This document shows, in pieces, positions 25,915 through 37,844 of a DNA stretch of 64,000 nt. Origin of the DNA: Lingula anatina (Eukaryota; Animalia; Brachiopoda); contig CM120648.1 of assembly GCA_051362555.1 (NCBI GenBank), positions 2,457,721 through 2,521,720 of the forward strand, given 5' to 3'. The notes under the pieces are model-generated. The model saw only the letters and a list, made by a program, of their open reading frames with translations, was not told where the DNA came from and ran no database searches. How positions within the stretch are numbered: position 1 is the first letter of the stretch; each line of letters opens with the position of its first letter. The translations under genes were made by a program, and so were the position numbers.

Positions 25915-27711
25915 TTAACATCCACAGTATTCAGATCTCCCCTAGCTCCCCGGCCACCTATTTAATAGGAGGTGTAAAAAAAGGGGAGGGGGGGGGGAGG
26001 GTCACTGAAAAACTGGATTGTGTTCCCACAGGAAAAGATGTCCTAACTTGTGAAATATGGCATGGAAAATGGATTGAATTTTGATTCAAAGTCGACCTTT
26101 TCAGCTAAAGTGCAGATCTTTCTGCCCCCCCCCCCTCCCCCACCGCAAACGGTCATATGCTATTTTTTCTATCGAAAAGTTCTACATGTACATATGTATA
26201 CTGGCATATTTGGACAAATTGAACGTTTTATTGGTGGCAGGAATACTGCACTTTTATTCTCTATAGTAGCCAACAAACGGTATTCAAGGGAGATACATGT
26301 AACATTACATTACTTTTACAGTATTATTGGAATCCACACTCACTTACAAGCACTCGGGGAGAGAGTGAAGGGGGGTGGCGGAGAAAAGACCTTGATATAA
26401 TTAATATTCCAATACGTAGGATTTCCGTCTTGTTCATCATCTGGATTTCCGTAGATCTCCTCGTGATTATTGGAATTATTTCTGCTCACTGTGGTCTGTT
26501 TTTCACGGTTTTCGATACCGTGTAGTACGCTTAAGCCTTCAGCTAATTGCGAGGGACAGCCATGACAAGCATGACATGATTATCCATGCATTCCAAGAAA
26601 CAAGTCTTAATTATAAACGAAAAAGCAGTTCGTGATCTCGAGTCTCGGGTTTAAGATCGCAATTATAAGCGACTCAAACCGTAATTTCATGGCGGGAACG
26701 TACACAGTAAGCGTTGGCAAAAATAACAGGTCATTATTTCTGGTGGGTGTGCGTTGAATGTGGTGCCTATTCAAGGAACAAAGCCTGCCGAGTAAAATTG
26801 TAGTAGGCTAGGGCACATTTACTGTAAAGTGTGAGGTAACGGGATGGGGGGGGGGGGGGGGGGGAAGGGGGCGTTTGTTTGGATTGCTTTTAACAGTGTA
26901 TATAATTTTTTTAGGAAGAAGCATCAGAAGGGGGAGTGGAGGGAGAGGGATGGGGGGGGGGGGAGGTAGGGAGGCACTTGAACTATTTTGCGTATCACAA
27001 TTCTGGGTAAAACCACTCCTTAGAGAGAGTGCGTGAGTGCGATACAAAGCAATGAAAAAAGATGGGAGGGGGGGAGTGGCCAATACCAACTTAGGATTCG
27101 GTAAACTTTCTTAAATGGTAATAAAGTCTTTATTAAACTAAAAAGAAACATTGCCTTCCTCTAAATCTGGAATTTTTATTCGCCCTTTGTCCTTTAAGCT
27201 TATTATCTTATATAGTGGTATTTATTACATATAGTTTAAATTATTTTTAATCAAATATAATTATTAATAAGATAGTGTTAAGTCGTTTTAAATGGGTAAT
27301 ATTGCTTTTTTTATCTTGTTGAATGTCGTATTGGAAGCTTAATTACTTCCGTCTAACCATGAATGTGTGGCAAGACGGCATGCATAAATCCTCGAAACAG
27401 AGGGAAAATAAGCCACTCCCCTCATCTCCCATTCCCCGAGACGATTCTGTTAATAGTGGCAATTTAATACTTCATACACACTTGTGAAAGTATCACTTCA
27501 CCCTTGAGTAAAGCCACCCTACAATAATTATATCTATATATACATTGACCAAATAGCCTGTCCGCAGCCTGCAATTTCAAAGATATTCCATGCGTCGCCA
27601 TTATTAAGAGACATGGTGCTTGCCCTTCCTTTCCTGGTAATGGCAATGACAGGCTAGTGAAGAAAGGAAATAGGTTATTTACGTCATCGAAGGTAAAGAA
27701 ACAGAAAACGT

Positions 27712-27785
27712 GCGCACTCACGCACTCTCACATACACACACACACGCACACACCTGCACATACAAACGTACATAGACACACATGC

Positions 27786-27816
<31 letters not shown>

Positions 27817-27960
27817 GACATACATGAACAGGCATGCACACACAAAAACATTTACGTATCACACACTTACATATCCACCTCACACACATCAACACACACA
27901 CACACGCACGCACGCACACATACACACATGCACGCGCTCGGACAGACATACACACGCACT
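27712..27960. repeat. Degenerate (CA)n-rich tract
   Basis: Directly visible. Confidence 0.85.
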
Positions 27961-30305
27961 TATTAAGACAACAGTGATGAACTCTTTTTAAGTTAAAACA
28001 CTTCATTTAATTCCGATTTTTTATTTGATTAATCTGCTTATTAAATTCATGACATTTAAGATAGGTGCGAAACAAGCCATTGAGCGTTCTAGCCTGTCCT
28101 CATCGGCGATTCACTGGCTTGGTAATGACATCAACAAACGTCAACCAATATGTTTAACAACTCCCTTTCATCCACAGTGACTTTTTAAGACATCAGTGAA
28201 ATTAGTGAACTGGTTCGCATAAATAATTTCTAACATTTCTAGTTTGTGAGCATCTAAAAATACACGATTACTTTTGATTTTCCTGTCGATTAATATCTTA
28301 TTGCATCAGTTTATAAATATATTCCTTGCAATTTGATTTCGAATAATAATTATAAAAAATAATTGTCGTCATTATCAGAAGACTAATGGTTCCCCTGATC
28401 GTAGGTGTGAAAATAATGATGGCCTTCGTCAAACATACACGATAGAGCCAAGCTAACATGCATGCCATCAACAACAGGATACACTGAAAATCAAAGTCAA
28501 TTGACAGTTAATAGACGGGGTTGACTTCCAAGGCGACAGCTGGCCTATACTAGGGGAATTGTAAGGCTTCTTCTGATTGGTCTAGAAGAGTTGCATAACG
28601 AGCCGAGAACCCACGTGGCCGGTAAATAAGAAAACTGGCGTTACTTAACAGCGTTACTTTCACAGACCTTAAACGCTTCTGACACCTGACGTGGATGACT
28701 CCAGTAAACCCCAGTGTCAACTTCTGTATAGATTTTTCCGTCAAGGTAAGTTGTATAGTATCTGTTTTTATTTACTTATTTCTGTATTTATTATTCGTTT
28801 ATGAGGAGAGGGTGGGGGAGGGGCGACAAGTGCACGTATTGTTGGTTGTGCTGTGATGAGGGATATTTTTCAGCGCCTAAAGTAACTAAGAGAATAATGC
28901 CATACTGTGTTTCGTTCACAAGTACTCGCTGACAGGTTCAAAGCTTTGTTGGAAAAGATATAATGGTAGGAACCAAAGGATGGCAAATTGGGGATAAGCA
29001 TGTAGAAGCGCTACTCGAAAGGTGCCGACTTAAGATTTGACAGTATCGTACAATGATAGAAAATTCTTGTAGGCGTTGTGAGTCGATGTGTAAATGCATT
29101 AAGCACAATAACTTTTCATGTCACAAGTTCATTATTCCGCGTTCCTAACAGATAATCTTTAAATACAGGTAGGTTGACGTTCGGGCTGATTAGTGATCAG
29201 AGATTAGTGATTAGTGAGCAGCATCATTAGCGCAAGACATTCTCTGTAAGCAAGGGTATGCATAGTAATCAGATCTGCTTGTTCTGACACGAAAAAAGTT
29301 ACTGCAATGGAAATGTGGCTGGCAATTTTTGTTGGCTCTGTCAAACTAAGACCTACCCCTGTACTGTGGTATGTCTACCTGTAGATACTTAAATAAAGTA
29401 TAATAAATTTTCTCCAACTAGAAATGCATATTTTAACGAGGTCCACGAGTAATTAATTAACCTAGGGGGCAAGTGCCCATGCACAATCAAGGGGGTGATC
29501 GGCAGTACGTTTATTTGTACCGGAGACTGGCATTTGTCTTTTGGTTTTCAAATGTTAGGACAAGATGTACTCAGCAGTTCTCGGCGGGCGGTTCTCGGCT
29601 TTTCTCTTCAGAAATGTGCCTCCAAAAATATGACACAGTTTCTGAGCTTCTAATTAATTGCCTTGATTTTAGGGAACACTGCACCATCGATCGGAAGGCT
29701 GTGGACAATTTTAACGCTGATCTCCGCAAGCTGATTAACCCTAGGCTTGAGGGTGTGAAAAATCGCCATTTTTTTCTGATGGCTTGACGTCATGTGCAGT
29801 GCAACACGCTTCATTATTGTACAAAATGTGCAATTAACAGTGCTACGTGGTATGTCCTGTAAATGAGCTCAGTCGAGAGACTAGTTAGCCACCCAGCGCT
29901 AGCATGGCCGCCATGACTGGCTGAGTACTGGCGTGGCGAATTTAAACAAATTAGAGAATTACATAGCTACCTTAAAACTTTCGATAAAAAGTACATTTTG
30001 GTTTGATAAAATACCACGATATCTGATATCCAGACATATCAATTCCCGCGGCGGGTCTAAGTATTTTGAAACTCTAACAGAAAAAAAGTCCCGAGTCCTA
30101 ATGCTCCTTCAGCACTTCAAAGCAGCTTAGAATCCGTCATGGTCATTCCTTGTCCAAACGAATTTCTACATTGGTGTTTGAATTTTTTTCGGAAGGAGAC
30201 CAAAAATACACTATAACGTTTTCTCCATTATTACTGATATCAATGCACGCACATACGTTAACGCAAACAGGGTAGATGTCTTCCTTTGAGACTTATTGGG
30301 ATTAA

Positions 30306-30573
30306 GGCTTCGTTCACATGGAATGTCTATTTTCTAAAAATCTATTTTCTATTCGCGGTATCTTATGATCACGGTCTGTGCCCCGAATATCCCGCGGCGT
30401 AATTACTGGCAGCGCGAGCCAGTTACTTATAGTAACTTATAGTAACTTATAGTAACTGGCTCGCGCTGCCAGTAATTACGCCGCGGGATATTCAGGGCAC
30501 AGACCGTGATCATAAGACATACCGCGAATAGAAAATAGAATTTAGAAAATAGCCATTGCATTTGAATGAAGCC
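30306..30573. mobile_element. Foldback MITE (near-perfect 268-bp palindrome) with TAA TSD
   Basis: Arms are reverse-complementary over about 120 bp; centre is (TATAGTAACT)x3; TAA at 30303-30305 and 30574-30576. Confidence 0.9.
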
Positions 30574-31239
30574 TAAAATTATCCTTTCGGATTAACACCA
30601 CATGTGAACAAGAAATCGGTAACACCGAAGGTTAAAGTAAGGTAACCAATTAAAATGTGAAGTCCGCTTTGCTGTTCGGTTCATCTTAAATCGCACAATG
30701 GCAATTATCTCTAATTAGTCTACTTGTACGCCACACCAGGAGCGTGTTTTATGCATTCAATTGATTTAATAAAAGCATGTCGCCGATAATTCTCAACCAA
30801 TCAATAAAGTTTATTCTCTTTAACTGCTGTTTACTTACAGAGAAAGATGTAATATAAGTTAATAATGATAATAATAACAATAATAATGTTAATGATATTA
30901 TAATAATTGAAAAGTAGACTACAGATTGAAAAGAGGATGTAAACCGACACTCTTTGATATGTGGATGATAAATATGCACAGGTTATTAGGACCACGGATA
31001 TTTTTCGAAGAAAATAAATCATGAACATTTCAAATAGTCTGGTTCAAGCTTTTCGCGTAATTAATTGTTTTCTTTCATTTTCAAAAAAAAAAAAAAAAAA
31101 AAAAAACTGTTTTATGAAACCCATCGCCTTTGTCAGTGTGACATCGGTGACATTTTCTGAGGTGTTTTGGAGTCGGAAACCAGCTTCCTATTTCTATGAG
31201 CAGCCAATGATTGGTTATTAATGAGCTTGTGATAGCTAT

Positions 31240-31889
31240 AGTGAAGAGGTTTGTTTCAAGTTATCTCCGAAGCTCAGGGTGTTTAGGAGTTGTGCTTTGT
31301 AAAAAATACATCAAAATATTCAGTGGTGAAAAATGTGAAATTCTCCAAAATTAGCAGAGATACGCCTACAGTTGAATAGGAAGTCATACACAGGCAATCT
31401 AAATGTCACTTTGAAATTGACATTTGACCTATTTTTCATGATGAACTGTACTTTGCAAAAATTTTCGGCCCGTATATATACAAAACTGGCAGAAATAGCT
31501 ACTATTGAACTAGAATACAAAGTAATACATTGGCTATGCTCCTATGACCTTGAATCTGACCTTTAACCTACTTTTCCCCATGAACTGCACTTAAAAAAAA
31601 TTCCAACTCTTATATCTCAAAAACTGGCAGAGATACGACCATAGCTAGTATTAAACTTGAATAGGAACTCATATATTGAGTCTTCCCTTGACCTTGAATT
31701 TGACCTTTGATCTACTTTTTACCACGAACTAGGAGTTATATATTGTAATTTTCTACAAAAACAGAACTCTTGTTTATTGCATTTTGTAGAGCTTGCCAAG
31801 CACAACACTGCACGCGATGTCCCTTTTTTGTTTTCCATACGAATGTGCTTGCTCCAGCTGGAGGCGATATGCTTCTCTGATCCTCTAGT
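31240..31889 (+). mobile_element. Non-autonomous Helitron-like element, only in duplication copy A
   Basis: Internal TGACCTTGAA/TTTGACCTT repeats; 3' end is a short hairpin followed by TCTCTGATCCTCTAGT, shared with 11446-11497. Confidence 0.5.
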
Positions 31890-32011
31890 TTCACGTTGGT
31901 ACAAGTAAAAAGGAAATTGTTTTTAAGCTTAAAAGCTTTAATTTATTTTTAATTTTGAGGAATGACCTTTCGAACTCTCCCCAAAGAGCCTTGTTATAAC
32001 CCACATAGACA

Positions 32012-32073
<62 letters not shown>

Positions 32074-32092
32074 TAAATAAATAAATAAATAA
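32012..32092. repeat. (AAT)n(AAAT)n microsatellite; paralogous (TAAA)n at ~33888-33945
   Basis: Directly visible. Confidence 0.9.
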
Positions 32093-32237
32093 AACAAGAT
32101 TAAAAAACGCATTTTATTTCATTACTCCTTCCTTATCATTTCACAAGACAAAATGAAAATATATTTCAAACTTGGCTTTTCATGATCAATTAACAGGTGT
32201 TATATATATATTCACTTTTCACCGTACAGTCTAATGG

Positions 32238-32409
32238 GAGCGCATTCTGAACAGCGGACTAAGTAAACCGTGGATCAAATATGGCTGACCCACTTGAATG
32301 CTTGTTACGTTATCCACGTGGGGAATCTATTCAGTGTCTATCGGTGGATTTTCAGTGTGTCGCCATATTTGAGCAGTGGACTAGTTAATCCACTGTTCTG
32401 AATGGGGTC
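32238..32409. mobile_element. MITE family A, copy 2
   Basis: Shares TIRs and internal CAAATATGGC..GACCCAC and TCTATTCAGTGTCTA with 19186-19360; absent from the paralogous site near 34148. Confidence 0.85.
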
Positions 32410-32999
32410 TAGGATACTTCTCAATGCGGACATGATAGATAAGATGTTAATAAAGGAATTATTTTTGACCGTAAATAGCTTTGCTTAATACTGCCAGACG
32501 ATCGTGTTACGTATTAATATTGCGTTTCACAGCGGTATATAACATGCCCAATAATTATTTTCACGGTGGTGTTTTCGCTTGGCTGCTGAAGAAGAGCAAC
32601 ACAGCCACAAGTGGTTTTGTTTGAATAAAACTGAGTGCTCTCGAGACTTATCGAGGGTTTTTTTTATTGTTTTAAATCAGCACAAAGATAGATGCATTGC
32701 TGAATAATTAAATGCAAGAAACAACCCATTTTCGTTATCTGGGTGATAAAGGGTTACAATACCTTTAAGTGGACCCAGGGCTTGTTTTTTCATCTGGCAA
32801 ACTTTCTCACTTACATACAAAATATCCAACAGCATGAATAGTGAATGTCACGATATTTTTAGCATGCTAATACGGATTAGAAGAACACAATTAATGGCCA
32901 ACCAGATCATATGAGAATTGTATGAAATGCTTTTTAATTAAAGGTAGTGATAACAAGCAATGTCCACAAGGATTTATGCTTTAAATACACAAAGAGGAT

Positions 33000-33720
33000 T
33001 TGAAAAGAGGATGACACTCTTTGATAATTGGATGATAAATATGCACATGTCATTAAGAACACGAAGATTTTTTGAAAAAGTAAACCATGGACATCTCAAA
33101 TACACGTAGTCTGGTTCAAGCTTTTCGTGTCATAAATTGTTTTCTTTCATTTTCAAAGATTTTGCAAGAAAGTATGTTATGAAACTCATCGCCTTTGTTA
33201 GTGTGACAGAGGTGACTTTTTCTGAGGAGTTTTGACGTCGGAAACCAGCTTCCTATCTCTATGGGCAGGCCATTATTGGTTGTTCTAAATTTTGCTAGAA
33301 AAGAAATTTTCCGCGTTGTTAATGAGCTTGTGTAAGAACACGGGAACAATCATTTTGTCAAAAAGATTCAATTGGTCAGTAAAACTTAAATGAATACCTC
33401 TTCCATTTTTAAATATTGTATGCATTGCCTTTGTGGACATAATAGCTAAGTATTTTGTTTCAGTAAAAGATGCAGATGGGGAGAAATATGAACATAAATA
33501 TTTAACCTTAATTATAATTTCTATATTTTGACCATTTAATTTAAAATTTTTGTTTTTGGGAGTCCGGCCTTTCATTAATGTACCTTTGTCTATACAACAT
33601 TAACTTCAAGCTTCAGATGCATAGGGCCTATTATACTCAGCAAAGCAATCAAGTTGATGTTGTAAATCCTTTTTCGCTTCCGCAAGTAAAATGGTGTCGT
33701 CCGTGTTTAACATTATCATC
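33000..33720 (-). pseudogene. Decayed LINE RT fragment (frameshifts and stops); partial paralog at ~30925-31230
   Basis: Remnant peptides DDTILLAEAKKDLQHQL, FKLNGQNIEIIIKVKYL, LFDKMIVP and LPIEIGSW..CHTNKGDEFHNILSC. Confidence 0.75.
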
Positions 33721-33890
33721 ACTTTCATAATCAAATATCACTCCTTTTTAAGGTCTTGAGAGACATGAGACAAACCCAAGACATTGGCACTGTTGAGTAC
33801 CCTCCCTTACTGACAGCGTCGAACCATTCAAATCATTTCTCGTTGGTAAATGTAGTATTTTTAAGCTTAAAATCTTTTAGGATAGACAAA

Positions 33891-33945
<55 letters not shown>

Positions 33946-35232
33946 AGACAAAAAATAAAAAAGCGTTTTATTTCATTACTACTTCACAAGAGAAAATGTA
34001 AAAGTACTTCAACATTAATTATATTTCATTGACATAACTGAGCTAGTTGGCCGTAGATTTAGGGCGGACCTGATGAAAACACCCTAACTTAACTTTCATG
34101 ATCAATTTACAGGTGTTTTTATATTTGCATTTCACCATACAGTCTGATAGGATAGTTTTCATTGCTGATAGATCAAGATGTTAATAAAGGAATCTATTAT
34201 GGCCATAAATAGTTCTGCTGAATGGCGCCAGACGCCCGTGTTACGTACGTATTGTATTAATATTGTGTTTCACAGCGGTAAATAACATGCCCAATAATTA
34301 GTTTCACGTTGGTGTTTGCGCTTGGCTGCTGAAGAAGAGCAACACAAGTAGTTTTGTCTGAATAAAACTGAGTGCTATCGATGTTTATGGAGACGTGATT
34401 TCCTGGTTTTAACCAAGGCCCTCATTTACCACCATGTTATTGCGCATGTGGTCTTAAGAATATTGTCACCCTTCTTCCAAAACTCCTTATTTACTGCCTT
34501 ACATATATTCTTTTGGGTAATAGATAAATCAGTGATCACTGATTAAATTGCTCAGATGGTCTGAGAGGACCAATATGTTGTTTCTTTATCTGGCAAACTT
34601 TCTCACTAAAATACAAAATATCAGTGCAGCACGTATGGTGAATGTCAGGATGGATGTAGCATGCTTATACGGATTAGAAGAACACATGCAATAAATGCCC
34701 AACCAGGTATTATGAGTAGGTGTGTAGAAATGCTGTGTAATTAAAGATAGTGACAACAAGCAATATCCATAATATAAGGATTGTGCTTTGAACACACGTA
34801 GGGTTTTTGGTCATTCTTGTTGAAGAGATCTCGGTTGAGACGATATTGAAATTAAGACTATTAATAGTTCATCGACACTTTGTCTCTGTGTCTATTTCAT
34901 ATCCATATGTGGCAACTGGAGACCATTCTGGTGCAATACAATAAGCCTGACATAACATTAATAATTTATTTCTTTAAATCACGCTTCACATAGCTCACAT
35001 AGCTGTTTACAAATATCGTTACATAGATCTATAAAATATAAAACTACAAAATTATTTCGGACTTAAAAGAAAAAAAAAGAGAACCTAAAGATTTAGTACT
35101 TTTTTGTTTGGCTCATGTGAAGATACTACAGATCTACGGTTTAAATGAGGGAAATGATAATTGAACGGTTTTATTGTTTTGCAGAAAGACGACTCTTTTC
35201 CTCAGTTGTGATCCACTAGAGCAAGGTCCACA

Positions 35233-37467
35233 ATGAACGGAAGTGACATCAAAGACAATGTCAGTCATGACGTCACGATTGACGTCACTGATTACGACAT
35301 ACAAAGGGCGAAGGCTTTCATAGAACAACCTATGCTTTTTGTCACCGGCTCTGAGTTATACGTAACATTGGCGATGCTAGCCTTTCTGTCCTTGATGGGA
35401 ACCGTAGGAAACCTAGGAGTGCTGCGCGTATTCGGAAGTAAGCGAGAACGCACGAGTTCCAACGTGTTCATTGTTGCTCTGGCCGCCATCGACGTGACCA
35501 CGTGCGCCTTAGTAATTCCCGCCACTTTCGTCATGGAGATCACCCATTTTAAAATTCATTCCGACGTTCTTTGCATGCTTTACCAATTCCTGAACTCATC
35601 TTCAGTCACTATGAGTGCCTTTGTAATGGGAGCCATAGCCGTGGACAGATATTTGTGTATCTGCTGGACCGCCCGGGTGAGAATTCTGTACAGACATGCT
35701 AAAATTACCGTCGTTGTTTTGGCCGTGTCTGCAGGAATTTTGGGGCTGTTCGTTGCTCTGTGTCACGGGACCCGTCCTGGCAAAATAACTGTAGAAGAGA
35801 GGAACGCCAGCGAACGGTACACGGAAACAGTCCATGAAAACCTCACAGTTACCGCTACGTTCGGCCACGTGGGAAAACCATTGTCCACTTATGCCAACGT
35901 GACAGCACCCGTGAACGGTTGTCGTGGCGCGTGCAACGCTCAGATGACCTCACTGGTCACCTTACTGGGAGCCAATGCGTCTGAGGCTGTTCTTGAAGAT
36001 GTCGGCGTGGGCAACACAGTGGGCAGCAATACGAACCAGCCGCCTGGAACAGCCGAGGTTACCATTCAGGTGGACTACGAAGGCATCTGCAGACCTGTCG
36101 ATGACGTCATCAGCTCTAGATTTCGGCACACACTACAAGTCATCCACGTGGTCTTGTTTCTGGTCGTGTTTTGCATCATATGTGTGATGTATGCTATGTT
36201 GTACCATCGTATTCGGCAGCAACTGTCCATGAAGTCGGTGATCATGGCGAGATCCATTGCCTGCAGGACCAGGGGACGTTCTCCACCACCGCAGAGATCT
36301 GTCAGCTCGCATTCCGATCAACCAAAGCGCAGTTTCGAAGAAATCGGTGCTATGAGGACTGGCGGGGTTCCACAGGTTAATGTTCCGGAGACAGAAGGAG
36401 AAATGAACGAAAATGAGGTTCGGAATGAAGATCGGTCGGAACAGAACGAGATGAAGGATACTGCAGCTAACCATGGCGAAACCGGGGAACTTGGAACAGA
36501 CTTTGGCCAGAAACCGCAGGGTTTTATGAACAATAACGAACACAACGAAAATATATACAGTCTTGAACCAGTCGACAAGGTCGAACAGGGCGGGCTCCAA
36601 AAAGATGCGACACAACAATCCGATGGTAATTTGACAGATGGGGACCAGAGTGGGGACCGGAAATGCGAAGGTGAAGGGTCGCAGAGGTCTTCGGCACCAC
36701 CGCCCGACGCAAGTGTCTGCATGAGTGATGTGCACCTCAATATGAGTAACGGCTCAGACAAAGAAAATAAATTGAAGGTCCTGATAAGAGTTCGCTGCAC
36801 GAAATGCCATTGTATCCTAAATGTTGATGGCACTCCGGAAAACGGATTTGACGACTGTCGAACCTCTTCCTCCGGAAGCAGCGCTCCTGGTAGTGTAGTC
36901 CGGCGCAATAGACCGTCTCCTACCAGCAGCCTCGAACTCAACTTGAGGCATCTTGATAGACGCGTCATCTCGGAAGAAAATAATCATCACGCAAGATCTT
37001 CTCCTCCCAAGCGCCTCATTTTCAAAAGGGGGCATTTGTCGAGCACCACGGCTGAGACCACCATATCCTCGCCCTGTTCGCCTTGTGATTATAAAGCACT
37101 AAAGGGAAAGTGTTTAAACAGACAAAAATGGCCGCCAAAAAAGTCCCAAAGCCATTCCTCTCGACGTTCCGCTCAGATGAAGAGCACTACAACTCAACGT
37201 ATCTCAAAGGCCAAGGAATCCCGGCTCGCCCGCTCCATTTTCTTCAAAGAGAATGTCAAGATCGCCATCGTGTTGTTTATAGTGACTGTGGTGTATGTAG
37301 TCACGTATCTTCCCGGGGCGTTAATGACCAACAAAGTTGTCCCTTTGAACATCCCGGTGTTCTATATGTACTTCATTAATAATGTGGCGAACCCAATCAT
37401 TTTCTTATTTTCTAACAGTGGGTTTAGGCAAGCTTTAAGGCAGTATTTTCGAACAAATAGGACATAG
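35233..37467 (+). CDS. Class A (rhodopsin-like) orphan GPCR, single coding exon, 744 aa, with expanded ECL2 and ICL3
   Basis: TM1 GTVGN, TM2 LAAID, TM3 AVDRY, TM5 VIHVVLFLVVFCIICVMYAMLY, TM6 VYVVTYLP, TM7 NNVANPIIF, helix 8 FRQAL; splice acceptor at 35182-35184. Confidence 0.92.
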   Translation: MNGSDIKDNVSHDVTIDVTDYDIQRAKAFIEQPMLFVTGSELYVTLAMLAFLSLMGTVGNLGVLRVFGSKRERTSSNVFIVALAAIDVTTCALVIPATFVMEITHFKIHSDVLCMLYQFLNSSSVTMSAFVMGAIAVDRYLCICWTARVRILYRHAKITVVVLAVSAGILGLFVALCHGTRPGKITVEERNASERYTETVHENLTVTATFGHVGKPLSTYANVTAPVNGCRGACNAQMTSLVTLLGANASEAVLEDVGVGNTVGSNTNQPPGTAEVTIQVDYEGICRPVDDVISSRFRHTLQVIHVVLFLVVFCIICVMYAMLYHRIRQQLSMKSVIMARSIACRTRGRSPPPQRSVSSHSDQPKRSFEEIGAMRTGGVPQVNVPETEGEMNENEVRNEDRSEQNEMKDTAANHGETGELGTDFGQKPQGFMNNNEHNENIYSLEPVDKVEQGGLQKDATQQSDGNLTDGDQSGDRKCEGEGSQRSSAPPPDASVCMSDVHLNMSNGSDKENKLKVLIRVRCTKCHCILNVDGTPENGFDDCRTSSSGSSAPGSVVRRNRPSPTSSLELNLRHLDRRVISEENNHHARSSPPKRLIFKRGHLSSTTAETTISSPCSPCDYKALKGKCLNRQKWPPKKSQSHSSRRSAQMKSTTTQRISKAKESRLARSIFFKENVKIAIVLFIVTVVYVVTYLPGALMTNKVVPLNIPVFYMYFINNVANPIIFLFSNSGFRQALRQYFRTNRT

Positions 37468-37520
37468 ATGTGAGGTTTTATTGCACGTTTGGTAAATAAC
37501 TATCAGTAAAGGTAGGAACG

Positions 37521-37559
<39 letters not shown>

Positions 37560-37754
37560 AAGATGACGTCCTGTTATGTAATATATTAGCAATGTTTAAC
37601 TTTTAGTCCATTATGTAGAAATGCATACGTCCTGTAAGAGAGTTTTATCAACTTTGTTGTATTGTATACCGTAATATGGAAAGTGCAATGTATACTACGT
37701 GTATAAACGGGTGTGATGTAAACCTCATAACTTATTTTAAGTATGCCAATATAT

Positions 37755-37840
37755 ATATCAAGCCGCACTGTTTGCCGTGTGATTATAAAGCACTAAAGGG
37801 AAACTGACTAAACAGGCAAATGTGGCCACCAAAAATATTT
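37755..37840 (+). pseudogene. Short diverged duplicate of a GPCR ICL3 segment (source ~37063-37145)
   Basis: Shared core TGTGATTATAAAGCACTAAAGGGAAA and flanking similarity through TGGCCRCCAAAAA. Confidence 0.75.
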
Positions 37841-37844
37841 CCAA

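Larger units (their letters stand above)
30920..34797. repeat. Diverged tandem segmental duplication (copy A ~30920-32992, copy B ~32993-34797)
   Basis: Collinear matching blocks: 30925/32997, 31895/33842, 32180/34095, 32490/34225, 32790/34587. Confidence 0.85.

Noticed and set aside
26823-26970. G-rich runs as functional G-quadruplexes
   Set aside because: Poly-G/C homopolymers occur throughout the window and their lengths are error-prone; there is no specific support.
36133-36968. 200- and 216-aa antisense ORFs inside the GPCR, and similar ones inside the GALNT and ZNF genes
   Set aside because: Shadow frames of GC-richer coding sequence with no recognisable motifs.
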